The notes beneath the pieces are model-generated. The model had not been told where the DNA came from, searched no databases, and saw only the letters and a list, made by a program, of their open reading frames with translations. DNA of 14,796 nucleotides, taken from contig JBDRLB010000077.1 of NCBI GenBank assembly GCA_043813365.1, forward strand, positions 1 to 14,796, in the 5' to 3' direction. Both the position numbers and the translations under genes were made by a program. The stretch comes from Candidatus Micrarchaeota archaeon. Lineage in GTDB: Archaea > Micrarchaeota > Micrarchaeia > Norongarragalinales > SBBD01. The stretch's first letter is position 1. Each line of letters opens with the position of its first letter. Positions 5,375-13,789 of this stretch are shown piece after piece.

Positions 5375-8300
5375 ATGAACGTAAAAGGATTGCTTTTTTT
5401 CATCCTCTTGCTTTCCCTTTCTATTGAAATTGCCGCGGTTCCGACGCAGATCGCTTCCGGCCAAAGTGTCCTTACAATACCGCGGCATAAAATATTCCAA
5501 TCCCAGACGAACCCGAACGAAATTTGGGCGATTTTCCAAGGCCCCGGAACTGGAAATAGCAACAACTTCATCAAAACAACCAATGGCGGTACAACCTGGA
5601 GCACTCCCCTTACAATTAGGTATTACCTCGATTATCATGCCTCCCTTGATGGCGATTCGGCCGGCAACCTATACGTTGCTGATCCCGACTCGGGCGCCGC
5701 TTATTTCCGCAAAATTAATTACCCGGGGGCCAGCACATCCGATTTCGGGCCTGAAATGCACCTCACTTCCGCCTACATCCCTTCGGGGGTGGGCACCCGC
5801 AACAACGTGATTGCGCAAAGCACAAGTAGCATTTTCGTCATTGCACGGACATCCGTAAATACTGTCGGCAATGTGCGTTATTTCCATTCCACTGATGGTG
5901 GCGTTACCTTTCCGCAGCAAGGATGGGTTTCCGATACCGGATATGACAATGTGAGGATCGGCTCAATTCTCGTGAACGGCCAGCCTGCTGTAGTGATGTG
6001 GTACAGCGACGATTCTTCACCAACCGGCTGGGGGTACCGCTATTTCATCTGGAACGGCAATTCATTCGTCGCAAACCCCGACTCAACGATCATCTGGGGT
6101 TCAAAAATCTACAGGAGGGAATACGGGATGAATTTCGTTGACGGCGACATGCATGTAATATATGTGGATAATTCCGGCCATCTGCTCCATTCATGGAAGC
6201 CCTACAATGGGGGAACCGGCTCTTGGAACCAGATTACAGTTGAAACGCTTCCCTACAATCCCGCCGCCTGGCATCCCTCCCTTACAAGGCACGGCAACGA
6301 CCTTTACCTGTTTTACATTAGGCAGGTTACGAGCACTTCCGGAAACAACGCCGTGATGTACCGCAAGTGGAACAAGGCTACCAGTTCATGGAGCGCTGCA
6401 ACCATGCTCTCAACCACAACCGGAGTCGCCAACGGATTCCCGCACGGGCCCGCAGCTGTCAATCCATCATCAACATTCGTACCGGTTATTTGGGATGCGG
6501 CTGGAGCTATTATGTTCGAAAAAGTCTCAACTACCGCCCAGCCATCAGCTTCCCCCTTGCCCAGCCCTTCAGCAAGCCCTTCCCCATCACCCAGCCCCTC
6601 CCCATCAATTGCCCCCTCGCCTTCACCTAGCGCGTCCCCATCGCCCCAACCCCCTGCAGGAAATATTTTTGGGAATATCAACTATATAGGAAACATCCGC
6701 GGCCTCGGCGCAGCCAAGAGATGCACCTTGTTCACATCTTCCTTGCCATTATATGCAACAGCAATCAATGCGCATTTTGCCGGCAGCTCCGGAACCTCCT
6801 GCGCATTAGGCATTTACCAGGCAGCGAGCAATAGCCTCTCAACCCTTCTCTATTCCAGCAGCAGCTTTTCCGTGACTAGCTCAACTGCTTCCTGGCATAC
6901 CCAATCCCTCCCCAATCTTTACCTTGCTGCAGGCCAGTACGGCTTATGTGTAGTTTGCAACGGCGACTGGGGATATACTGCCCTCGATGCCCCTGCAGGA
7001 GTCATGCGCGGCAATTCCGTCCTGAGTTTCGAGAACCCTTTCACTTCAGCAGGCCAATGGACTGGCACTTACAATGCGACTATTTTCGCCAATGTGACAA
7101 CAAGCGTTCCCTCTCCATCCCCCTCTCCAAGCCCTTCACCATCGCCAAGCCCGTCCCCTTCGCCGACGAACACTCCGCCCTCAGTTACAATCACCTCCCC
7201 AACTTCAGGCGCGATAGTATCCGGAACAACCGCGATCGCTGCAAGTGCATCGGATTCTGATGGTGCCATTGCAGGCGTGCAGTTTGCGATTGATGGCACA
7301 AATTATGGAGCCGAGGATACCTCCCTTCCCTACTCCATTTCCTGGAACACCCTTGCCTACTTAAATGGAGGCCATACCCTTACAGCAACTGCAAGGGATA
7401 ATTCTGGTGCAAACACCACATCCCTCCCCATTCCGGTGACCGTTTCAAACAACCAGCCCCCAACAATAAGCATTACCTCCCCTCCGAATGGTGCAACCGT
7501 AACAGGCACCATCACAATATCCGCATCCGCATCGGACTCCGACGGCACAATAGCGGGCGTGCAGTTCCAAATTAATACGGTGCCATTTGGTCCAGAAGAT
7601 ACAAGCCCGCCTTATTCCATCCCGTGGGGTACGACGTTGGAGGCAAACGGAAACAGGGCAATTAATGCGATAGCGAGGGACAATGCGGGAGCTACTGCTG
7701 CAAGTTCTTTTGTGGGCGTAATTATAAGCAACGACCTGACCCCTCCCGCAGGCATAAATTCCCTCTCAATCCCCTCGTTCACTTACAACGCCATTACCCT
7801 CCAATGGAACGCTCCCGGAGATGACGGCTCAACGGGCACTGCAGCTTCGTATGATATCCGCTACTCTTCCTCAGCAATCACGGATGCAAACTGGGCAAGC
7901 GCGACCCAAGTCGTAGGCGAACCCGCACCAGCTGCTGCGGGCACATCCCAGACCTTCTCAGTATCAGGGCTAAATTCCTTAACAACATATTATTTCGCAA
8001 TTAAAACATCCGACGAAGCTCCCAACTGGTCGCCCCTCTCAAATGTCGTTTCCCAAACAACAACCGCCCCGCCGGATACGACCCCCCCGACAATCACGAG
8101 CCATGCGCCTACTGGGACAATACCCGCAGGCACGACTCAAACCGGGCTTAATGCCATTACGAACGAAGCCGCAATCTGCAGGTACAGCCAAACTCCTTCT
8201 TCGGCATTCTCCAGCATGACCTTGTTTACTACCAACGGCGGCCTCGCCCACTCATCGCTTATAACGGGTTTGCAAAACGGCCAACCATACTATTACTATG

Positions 8301-11300
8301 TGAAATGCAACGACACGGCGGGCAATTTGAACAATACCGATTACCGCATATTTTTCTCTGTAGCAGTTGATTCCACTCCTGCTACTTTAAGCAACGGCGC
8401 ACCAGCCGGCACCCTCCCATATGGGACAACAACCGCAACCCTCAGCCTAAACACCAACGAAGCCGCAACATGCAGATACGGCACAACCCCCAATGTCGCA
8501 TATTCCTCGATGACCAACATATTCACAACAACCGGAAGCACTTCCCATTCGTACTCCTTGGCGGGTTTGCAAAACGGTCAAAACTACTATTATTACGTTA
8601 GATGCAACGACACCGCCGGAAACACGAATCCCATCGATTACCCGGTCACTTTCTCTATTGCCGGCGATACAACCCCTCCGGCACTTAGCAACGGCGCTCC
8701 AACAGGCGAGCTTCCCCAAGGCACAACCAACACGACCCTAACCCTGAACACCAACGAGGTTGCAACCTGCCGCTTCAGCACCACTCCCAACGTCGCATAT
8801 GCCTCCCAGACAGGCATCTTCACAACAACGGGCGGAACAACCCACTCAAGGAACCTTTATACGCTCCAGGACGGCCGCACTTATCCGTATTACGTCAGAT
8901 GCAACGATACGGCCGGCAATTTCAATGGCGCCGATTACTCCATCATTTTCAGCATTTCAGCAGACACGATTCCTCCTCTTTTAAGCAACGGCGCACCAGC
9001 CGGCACCCTCCCATATGGGACAACAACCGCAACCCTCAGCCTAAACACCAACGAAGCCGCAACATGCAGATACGGCACAACCCCCAATGTCGCATATTCC
9101 TCGATGACCAACACATTCACAACAACCGGAAGCACTTCCCATAACCAAACCTTAACAGGCTTGCAGAATGACCAGACATACAATTACTACATTAAATGCA
9201 TCGACGCTTCCGGCAATCCGAACACTGCTGATTACACGGCCTCCTTCAGCATCGCAACCGATGCGATTCCCCCAGCTGCAATTGCGGATTTGATTGCTTC
9301 CTCCTCAACCGATGTACAAGTTTCCTTGCAATGGACCGCTACCGGAGACGATGCTTCCGTAGGGACAGCAACCTCATATGACATCCGATACTCTATCTCA
9401 ACAATCACGGATGCAAACTGGGCAAGCGCGGTGCAGATTCCTGGAGAGCCCGTGCCGCGATCAGCCGGCAATTTGGAGACGTACACAGTAACTGGCCTGT
9501 CTTCCTCAACAACATATTATTTTGCCATCAAGGTCGCAGATGAGCGCAACAATTGGTCGCCGCTCTCAAACATCGCCTCGCGCACGACAAGCCCGGCACC
9601 TGACACAACCCCGCCGATCCTAATCGGTGCAAGGCCCGCGCCAAACACGATTTACCCTGCCGGAACCACTTCAGTCATATTCGGATTCGATACGAACGAG
9701 CCAGCTAGCTGCAGGTATTCCACTTCCCCCGGCACGCCATTCGCCTCAATGGCCAATCCCTTCACCGCAACCGGGAACAGCCATTCCGCAACTGCGATCG
9801 CCCTCCAGAACGGCCAGGCATATTCCTACTATTCCAGATGCAATGACACTTCCGGAAACCTCAACAATTCCGATTACCTCATCACGTTCAGCATCGCACA
9901 GCCCCTGCAGGACCTCTCACCAGCCGTATTCCTGAATTCGCCCTCCTCCGGAACAACTGCATACCGGGAGAGCATGCCCTTCAATTGCTCCGCAACCGAT
10001 GATGCAATGCTAACCCGCCTGGAGCTTTTCGGGGACTTCTTCGGCGAATGGAGCATGATTGCAAATTATTCCGTTTCGGGCACCGGGGCCGCCCGCACCT
10101 TCAATATCGACCTCTCATCCGTCCCTGCAGGGAATTACAAATGGAACTGCCGTGCAACTGATAACGCTACCAATGCCGGCTGGTCCGCATTGAACTATTC
10201 CATCTCCCTGATAAACCGCGTCTATAATTTCACGCTTGCCCCGGCACAGGACATTTTCTCGGCCAGGAACGATCCCGACACCATTACCCAACGCACGTTC
10301 ACTTTGCAGAACACGGGCAACCAATACCTCTCAAATTTCGCATGCATTGCGGATAAAACGTGGGTCAACATCATCGGATGCCCAGTTGGCCTCCAACCCG
10401 GAAATTCCACACTGGTAACGTCCCAATACAATACCTACGGGCTTCCTGAAGGATTGCATGCGGTCCTGCTTAATTTCTCCCAGCCGAATTCCAACTTCCA
10501 TATGGCAATTGTTACGGTCAACGTCACCTCCGTGCCCGTCAACCTTATACCGGCAATTTCAAATGTTACAAACATTACGGGTTATAATTCGGAAATAATC
10601 AGTTGGAACACCGACATCAATAGCAATTCAACAATCTATTTTGGCACCAATGACACGAACCTTGACCGGAACTCCTCACTGAATGACAATGTGCTTTTGC
10701 ACTCAATAACCCTTCAAGGGCTCTCGCCCCAGACGCATTATTATTACCGTGTGGGCAGCTGTTCCATTGGAGGCTGCTCAAAATCCGCACAATATGATTT
10801 CATTACGAATCCCCTTCCAGCCGGTTGCGCCTATTCCAATCCTTCCTGCCCTTCAGGTTATTCCTGCCAGAGCAATACCTGCGTTTATAGCGGCGGTGGT
10901 GGAGGCGGCGGTTACAGCCCCCCAAGCGCCCCGAGGATTACCGGCACCGCAACTCCTGCGCCTTCGGCAAAACCCGCTGGAAACGCAACACCGACCGTTT
11001 CGGGCTCCTCATCGCAATTCGTTGATCTGAAGCAAGAACTCGAATACGGCATTCAAGATCTGCCCGAACAGGACCAGTTAGACATACAGGATCTCATTAA
11101 GGAGGCTGAACGCCTGAAACGAGAGGGCAATGATTCGCAGGCGCTCCTAGTACTGCAAAAGGCCAGGGCACGGCTGAACGATGCAGTGCAGAAAACAAAG
11201 GAAACCAAGGCGGGATTCGGCTGGCAGATCAGCGTTCTAGTTATTATTCTTATTGCAGCAGGAGCGATTTTCTACGTGAACAAGAAGCACAAGGACATGA

Positions 11301-11362
11301 AAAAAATGGAGCTGCTGCCTGAAATCAAGGTTCCTCCCGTGAAGCCCAGGGACGCTTTGTAG
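5375..11362 (+). CDS. Giant membrane-anchored modular surface protein (Asp-box beta-propeller, Ig-like and FN3 domains, Cys-containing Ig-like repeats)
   Basis: 1995 aa. Signal peptide; Asp-boxes KTTNGGTTW and HSTDGGVTF; two (SP)n linkers; two Big-like domains (PPSVTITSP...TATARDNSG); two FN3 domains (LQW.APGDD...YYFAIK); five ~99-aa repeats with TNE.A.CRY and YY..C.D..GN; further Ig/FN3 domains; a Cys-rich knot, poly-Gly, a charged helical domain, a C-terminal TM helix and a basic tail. Many N-x-S/T sequons. Confidence 0.92.
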   Translation: MNVKGLLFFILLLSLSIEIAAVPTQIASGQSVLTIPRHKIFQSQTNPNEIWAIFQGPGTGNSNNFIKTTNGGTTWSTPLTIRYYLDYHASLDGDSAGNLYVADPDSGAAYFRKINYPGASTSDFGPEMHLTSAYIPSGVGTRNNVIAQSTSSIFVIARTSVNTVGNVRYFHSTDGGVTFPQQGWVSDTGYDNVRIGSILVNGQPAVVMWYSDDSSPTGWGYRYFIWNGNSFVANPDSTIIWGSKIYRREYGMNFVDGDMHVIYVDNSGHLLHSWKPYNGGTGSWNQITVETLPYNPAAWHPSLTRHGNDLYLFYIRQVTSTSGNNAVMYRKWNKATSSWSAATMLSTTTGVANGFPHGPAAVNPSSTFVPVIWDAAGAIMFEKVSTTAQPSASPLPSPSASPSPSPSPSPSIAPSPSPSASPSPQPPAGNIFGNINYIGNIRGLGAAKRCTLFTSSLPLYATAINAHFAGSSGTSCALGIYQAASNSLSTLLYSSSSFSVTSSTASWHTQSLPNLYLAAGQYGLCVVCNGDWGYTALDAPAGVMRGNSVLSFENPFTSAGQWTGTYNATIFANVTTSVPSPSPSPSPSPSPSPSPSPTNTPPSVTITSPTSGAIVSGTTAIAASASDSDGAIAGVQFAIDGTNYGAEDTSLPYSISWNTLAYLNGGHTLTATARDNSGANTTSLPIPVTVSNNQPPTISITSPPNGATVTGTITISASASDSDGTIAGVQFQINTVPFGPEDTSPPYSIPWGTTLEANGNRAINAIARDNAGATAASSFVGVIISNDLTPPAGINSLSIPSFTYNAITLQWNAPGDDGSTGTAASYDIRYSSSAITDANWASATQVVGEPAPAAAGTSQTFSVSGLNSLTTYYFAIKTSDEAPNWSPLSNVVSQTTTAPPDTTPPTITSHAPTGTIPAGTTQTGLNAITNEAAICRYSQTPSSAFSSMTLFTTNGGLAHSSLITGLQNGQPYYYYVKCNDTAGNLNNTDYRIFFSVAVDSTPATLSNGAPAGTLPYGTTTATLSLNTNEAATCRYGTTPNVAYSSMTNIFTTTGSTSHSYSLAGLQNGQNYYYYVRCNDTAGNTNPIDYPVTFSIAGDTTPPALSNGAPTGELPQGTTNTTLTLNTNEVATCRFSTTPNVAYASQTGIFTTTGGTTHSRNLYTLQDGRTYPYYVRCNDTAGNFNGADYSIIFSISADTIPPLLSNGAPAGTLPYGTTTATLSLNTNEAATCRYGTTPNVAYSSMTNTFTTTGSTSHNQTLTGLQNDQTYNYYIKCIDASGNPNTADYTASFSIATDAIPPAAIADLIASSSTDVQVSLQWTATGDDASVGTATSYDIRYSISTITDANWASAVQIPGEPVPRSAGNLETYTVTGLSSSTTYYFAIKVADERNNWSPLSNIASRTTSPAPDTTPPILIGARPAPNTIYPAGTTSVIFGFDTNEPASCRYSTSPGTPFASMANPFTATGNSHSATAIALQNGQAYSYYSRCNDTSGNLNNSDYLITFSIAQPLQDLSPAVFLNSPSSGTTAYRESMPFNCSATDDAMLTRLELFGDFFGEWSMIANYSVSGTGAARTFNIDLSSVPAGNYKWNCRATDNATNAGWSALNYSISLINRVYNFTLAPAQDIFSARNDPDTITQRTFTLQNTGNQYLSNFACIADKTWVNIIGCPVGLQPGNSTLVTSQYNTYGLPEGLHAVLLNFSQPNSNFHMAIVTVNVTSVPVNLIPAISNVTNITGYNSEIISWNTDINSNSTIYFGTNDTNLDRNSSLNDNVLLHSITLQGLSPQTHYYYRVGSCSIGGCSKSAQYDFITNPLPAGCAYSNPSCPSGYSCQSNTCVYSGGGGGGGYSPPSAPRITGTATPAPSAKPAGNATPTVSGSSSQFVDLKQELEYGIQDLPEQDQLDIQDLIKEAERLKREGNDSQALLVLQKARARLNDAVQKTKETKAGFGWQISVLVIILIAAGAIFYVNKKHKDMKKMELLPEIKVPPVKPRDAL
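6540..6655 (+). repeat. Low-complexity Ser-Pro linker 1 (degenerate 6-nt repeat, coding)
   Basis: Encodes PSASPLPSPSASPSPSPSPSPSIAPSPSPSASPSPQPP with varied codons. Confidence 0.8.
7109..7165 (+). repeat. Low-complexity Ser-Pro linker 2 (coding)
   Basis: Encodes an uninterrupted (PS)n run with varied synonymous codons. Confidence 0.8.
8386..8548 (+). repeat. 163-nt direct repeat, copy 1
   Basis: Identical to 8980-9142 except T8520 vs C9114. Offset 594 nt equals two 99-aa units. Confidence 0.95.
8980..9142 (+). repeat. 163-nt direct repeat, copy 2
   Basis: 162/163 identical to 8386-8548. Confidence 0.95.
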
Positions 11363-11368
11363 GAATAT

Positions 11369-11698
11369 TTACATGCGGTAAATCTGCAGGTGCGGAACGC
11401 CGCCGATTTTCCTTACCATCCTTTTATCGATTTCAATGTTTTTTGATGCTGCAGCGATTGCCTTCTTCCCCACCAGATTGATATTCCCCGCCCCCTCGAC
11501 CATTTTGCCGACCTCGGCAACCGTGACACTTTCCCCCTCGTAAAAGGAGCGGTATTTCTGCAAATCAAGCACCAGCTCCCCCTCCTCGAAAACCTTCCCC
11601 AATAGCTCCTTGTCGCAAATCGCGACCACCCTCCTCTCAACCATCCTTCCCCCTTCCATAATTAATTTCCTGTTGATTTTACCCTTCATAAAAATCAT
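11369..11698 (-). CDS. DUF424 family protein
   Basis: VVAICDKELLGK, FYEGE, NINLVGKKAI and IGGVPHLQI are the characteristic motifs of this archaeal family. Start may be ATG 11689. Confidence 0.88.
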   Translation of the reverse strand: MIFMKGKINRKLIMEGGRMVERRVVAICDKELLGKVFEEGELVLDLQKYRSFYEGESVTVAEVGKMVEGAGNINLVGKKAIAAASKNIEIDKRMVRKIGGVPHLQIYRM

Positions 11699-11752
11699 GC
11701 TCCATCCATTCCTTCCCCCTCCTTCAAAATTTTCCCGTCCATTCCCAAAATT

Positions 11753-12805
11753 TCAAAGCAGGCTTTCGTACAGCTTTACTAGCTTCTCAATTGAAATATT
11801 GATGTCCCGCTTCTTTATCTCCTCCTTCGCACGCTCGCTCATCTCCTCCTGCAGGCTTTTGCTACCCGCAATCTCCTCAAGTTTTATTTTCATCAATTCC
11901 GGGGTTTTGCATGCGAATCCGCCCTTCCCAACAACCTCCTCAAGAATATCTAAGTCAGAAATCAGCACGGGCGCTCCGCACGCCATCGCCTCCTGCGCAA
12001 CCAACCCTTCCGTCTCCACCAACGACGGCATCATCAGTGCGCTGCAAGCCGCATACGAATCCAGCAAATCCTGCCTTGGCAGCCTCGGGAAGAATTGCAC
12101 GTTCTTCGGCGCCATGGATTTCAGCTGCGCCTCCATTGTCCCGTTCCCCGAAATTATGAACTGCATCTCCTTCATCTGCTTTGCGATTTCAATGATCCAT
12201 TCCGGCTGCTTGCTCGCATCCAGCCTCCCTATGAAAAGCGCAAACGGCTTATCCATAGTGTATTTTTTACGGAACCTCTCCCCATTTGCACCCCTGTAAT
12301 TATCCAAATTTATCCCGTTCGCAATGACTTCGACTTTCTTTTTCAGCCCCCTTTTTTGGAACATGCTTTTTCCGGCCTCCGTCTGCGTAATCACTCTGTC
12401 AAACCTGTTCAGCAGCCAGATTTCATACTTCCAAATCCCCTCCTCCAGCGTCTTGGGGGGGCTGGAGCCGAACATCGCCTCCAAAGTATGCAGCGGGATG
12501 AAATGCGCCGTAATCACTTTCGGGACTTTGAAACCTGTTGCAAATAATCCCATCGTATACTGCGAATGCGCATGCACCACGTCGCATTTTATGGGTTTGG
12601 TGGGCGGGATTATCACATCGTATTGCGGCAGCATCGGGTCCTTCAAAAAAGGAAGGGAGACGGTTTTGAAATCATATTTCTTCGTTACCCTTCCGGTATA
12701 TAGTGTGACATCCGTTTTCCTGCTAAGCATCGGCAGCGTCTCCTGCAAATAAGTGGCAACCCCGTTATTCTGCTCAAATGTGTCCGAAATCCACGCGATC
12801 TGCAT
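11753..12805 (-). CDS. Glycosyltransferase family 4 (GT-B, retaining)
   Basis: MQIAWISDTF...NGVAT, DVVHAHS, VIANGIN, FIGRLDASK and ETEGLVAQEAMACGAPV (E-x7-E). Minus-strand TTATTAA (12833-12827) lies about 22 nt upstream of ATG 12805, favouring it over TTG 12820. Confidence 0.93.
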   Translation of the reverse strand: MQIAWISDTFEQNNGVATYLQETLPMLSRKTDVTLYTGRVTKKYDFKTVSLPFLKDPMLPQYDVIIPPTKPIKCDVVHAHSQYTMGLFATGFKVPKVITAHFIPLHTLEAMFGSSPPKTLEEGIWKYEIWLLNRFDRVITQTEAGKSMFQKRGLKKKVEVIANGINLDNYRGANGERFRKKYTMDKPFALFIGRLDASKQPEWIIEIAKQMKEMQFIISGNGTMEAQLKSMAPKNVQFFPRLPRQDLLDSYAACSALMMPSLVETEGLVAQEAMACGAPVLISDLDILEEVVGKGGFACKTPELMKIKLEEIAGSKSLQEEMSERAKEEIKKRDINISIEKLVKLYESLL

Positions 12806-12835
12806 GAACGGCTTACTCAAAGCAAATTAATAAGT

Positions 12836-13321
12836 TTACCTTCCACTCGTCCTTCCGAGGATTTTATTGTAATGTTGCAGCAAAAATGAACGATATCCGG
12901 TTTCGATCTCCTTGCGCTGCACCAATAGGGATGCAACTTTTTGCGATTTTTCGGCAACTATCATTCTCTCAACCCTTCCAATTTCTTTCGTATCTTCCCA
13001 CTGTGCGGGTTTAAGCCGTTTGTTGAGTTGTTCCGCAACCACTTGGTGCAATTCTTGCCTTGCCCTGCTGTAATTGACTGCCTTTGCGATCAATTCCACC
13101 GGAGGCCTGAACTCGTGCCTTTGGCCGTCATGTGCTACTGCGATTTTATTCCCGGGAATATTGTGAAAATCCATCAGGTTTCCGGGAATATTATCCTCGC
13201 CGATTCTATCCACTGTACCCTTCTTCGCCATTGTCTCGAGTTCTGCTGTTTTGTCGATTAATCTTTCGATATATTTTATATGCTCCCGAAATTGCTTGAC
13301 AGTGAACGGTTCTATTTTCAT
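12836..13321 (-). CDS. Hypothetical protein (161 aa, charged, predicted helical)
   Basis: MKIEPFTVKQFREH...; protein-like composition. It fills the gap between rnpB and GT4. The longer 205-aa version overlaps the RNase P RNA and is rejected. Confidence 0.7.
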   Translation of the reverse strand: MKIEPFTVKQFREHIKYIERLIDKTAELETMAKKGTVDRIGEDNIPGNLMDFHNIPGNKIAVAHDGQRHEFRPPVELIAKAVNYSRARQELHQVVAEQLNKRLKPAQWEDTKEIGRVERMIVAEKSQKVASLLVQRKEIETGYRSFLLQHYNKILGRTSGR

Positions 13322-13336
13322 AGAAATCAACAAAAT

Positions 13337-13615
13337 GGGCGGCGGGCCGTAGTCTCCCTTCTGTTTCCGACGGCATTGGTCTGAGCGAGCTAAACTCTTG
13401 CGTCGAGCGCATTTCTGCGCCTGCAAAAAGGGCCGTTTCACTCCTGCTTGCAAAAATGCTCTTATTCATCATTGCTTTTGCAAGCTGATATCGTTTCTGT
13501 TCCCCTCCTTTGCCTTAGGCAAGGCGTATTGCAGCCTATGCAAGACATATTCTATCCCGACGGGGAGAACTTCCTCCTTTGCTTTTCAGCTAGGTTAGCC
13601 ATCCACCCGCCACCC
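13337..13615 (-). ncRNA. rnpB: Archaeal RNase P RNA (compact, ~279 nt)
   Basis: P1 GGGUGGCGGGU/GCCCGCCGCCC; P2 GAUGGC/GCCGUC; CR-I GAGGAAGUUCUCCC pairs (P4) with CR-V AACAGAAGGGAGACUA; CR-II ACAGAAAC; CR-III UGAAAC; CR-IV AGACCAAUG; P5 CGUCGGG/CUCGACG; P12 GCUUGCAAAAG/UUUUUGCAAGC. A U-tract follows the 3' end. Confidence 0.95.
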
Positions 13616-13637
13616 TCCAGAATTGTGCATTCCCCGG

Positions 13638-13654
13638 TATTTATTACTTCCTTT
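13638..13654 (-). promoter_or_regulatory. BRE/TATA promoter of rnpB
   Basis: The minus strand has purine-rich AAAGGAAG followed by TAATAAATA (13646-13638), about 23 nt upstream of the 5' end of P1. Confidence 0.6.
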
Positions 13655-13789
13655 GGGGGCAATTCGCATGTTGCTGGGCGATGGAGCGGCAAATGTCACT
13701 AATATGCGCCTTTTATTCCGATTTTTCGGGGGGGATTTATTAACCCCGAAATAGAAGTATTTTGTACCCAATTCCGCATGGTGATTTCG

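Noticed and set aside
6540..9142. CRISPR array or diversity-generating retroelement TR/VR pair
   Set aside because: The repeats are in-frame coding units without spacers. The one mismatch in the 163-nt pair is T/C on the coding strand, there is no series of adenine-specific changes, and there is no reverse transcriptase or cas gene in the window.
11699..11752. Purine-rich minus-strand spacer between GT4 and DUF424 as a G-quadruplex or hairpin
   Set aside because: Only three G3+ tracts with long loops and weak pairing. More simply an SD-containing spacer.
12836..13321. Idea that the ORF next to rnpB is a known RNase P subunit (Rpp21, Rpp29, Pop5 or Rpp30)
   Set aside because: No Cys zinc ribbon and no recognisable motifs of these families.
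13322..13453. N-terminal extension of the 205-aa ORF, and other short ORFs across 13206-13702
   Set aside because: They overlap the RNase P RNA, whose conserved motifs and helices explain the sequence.
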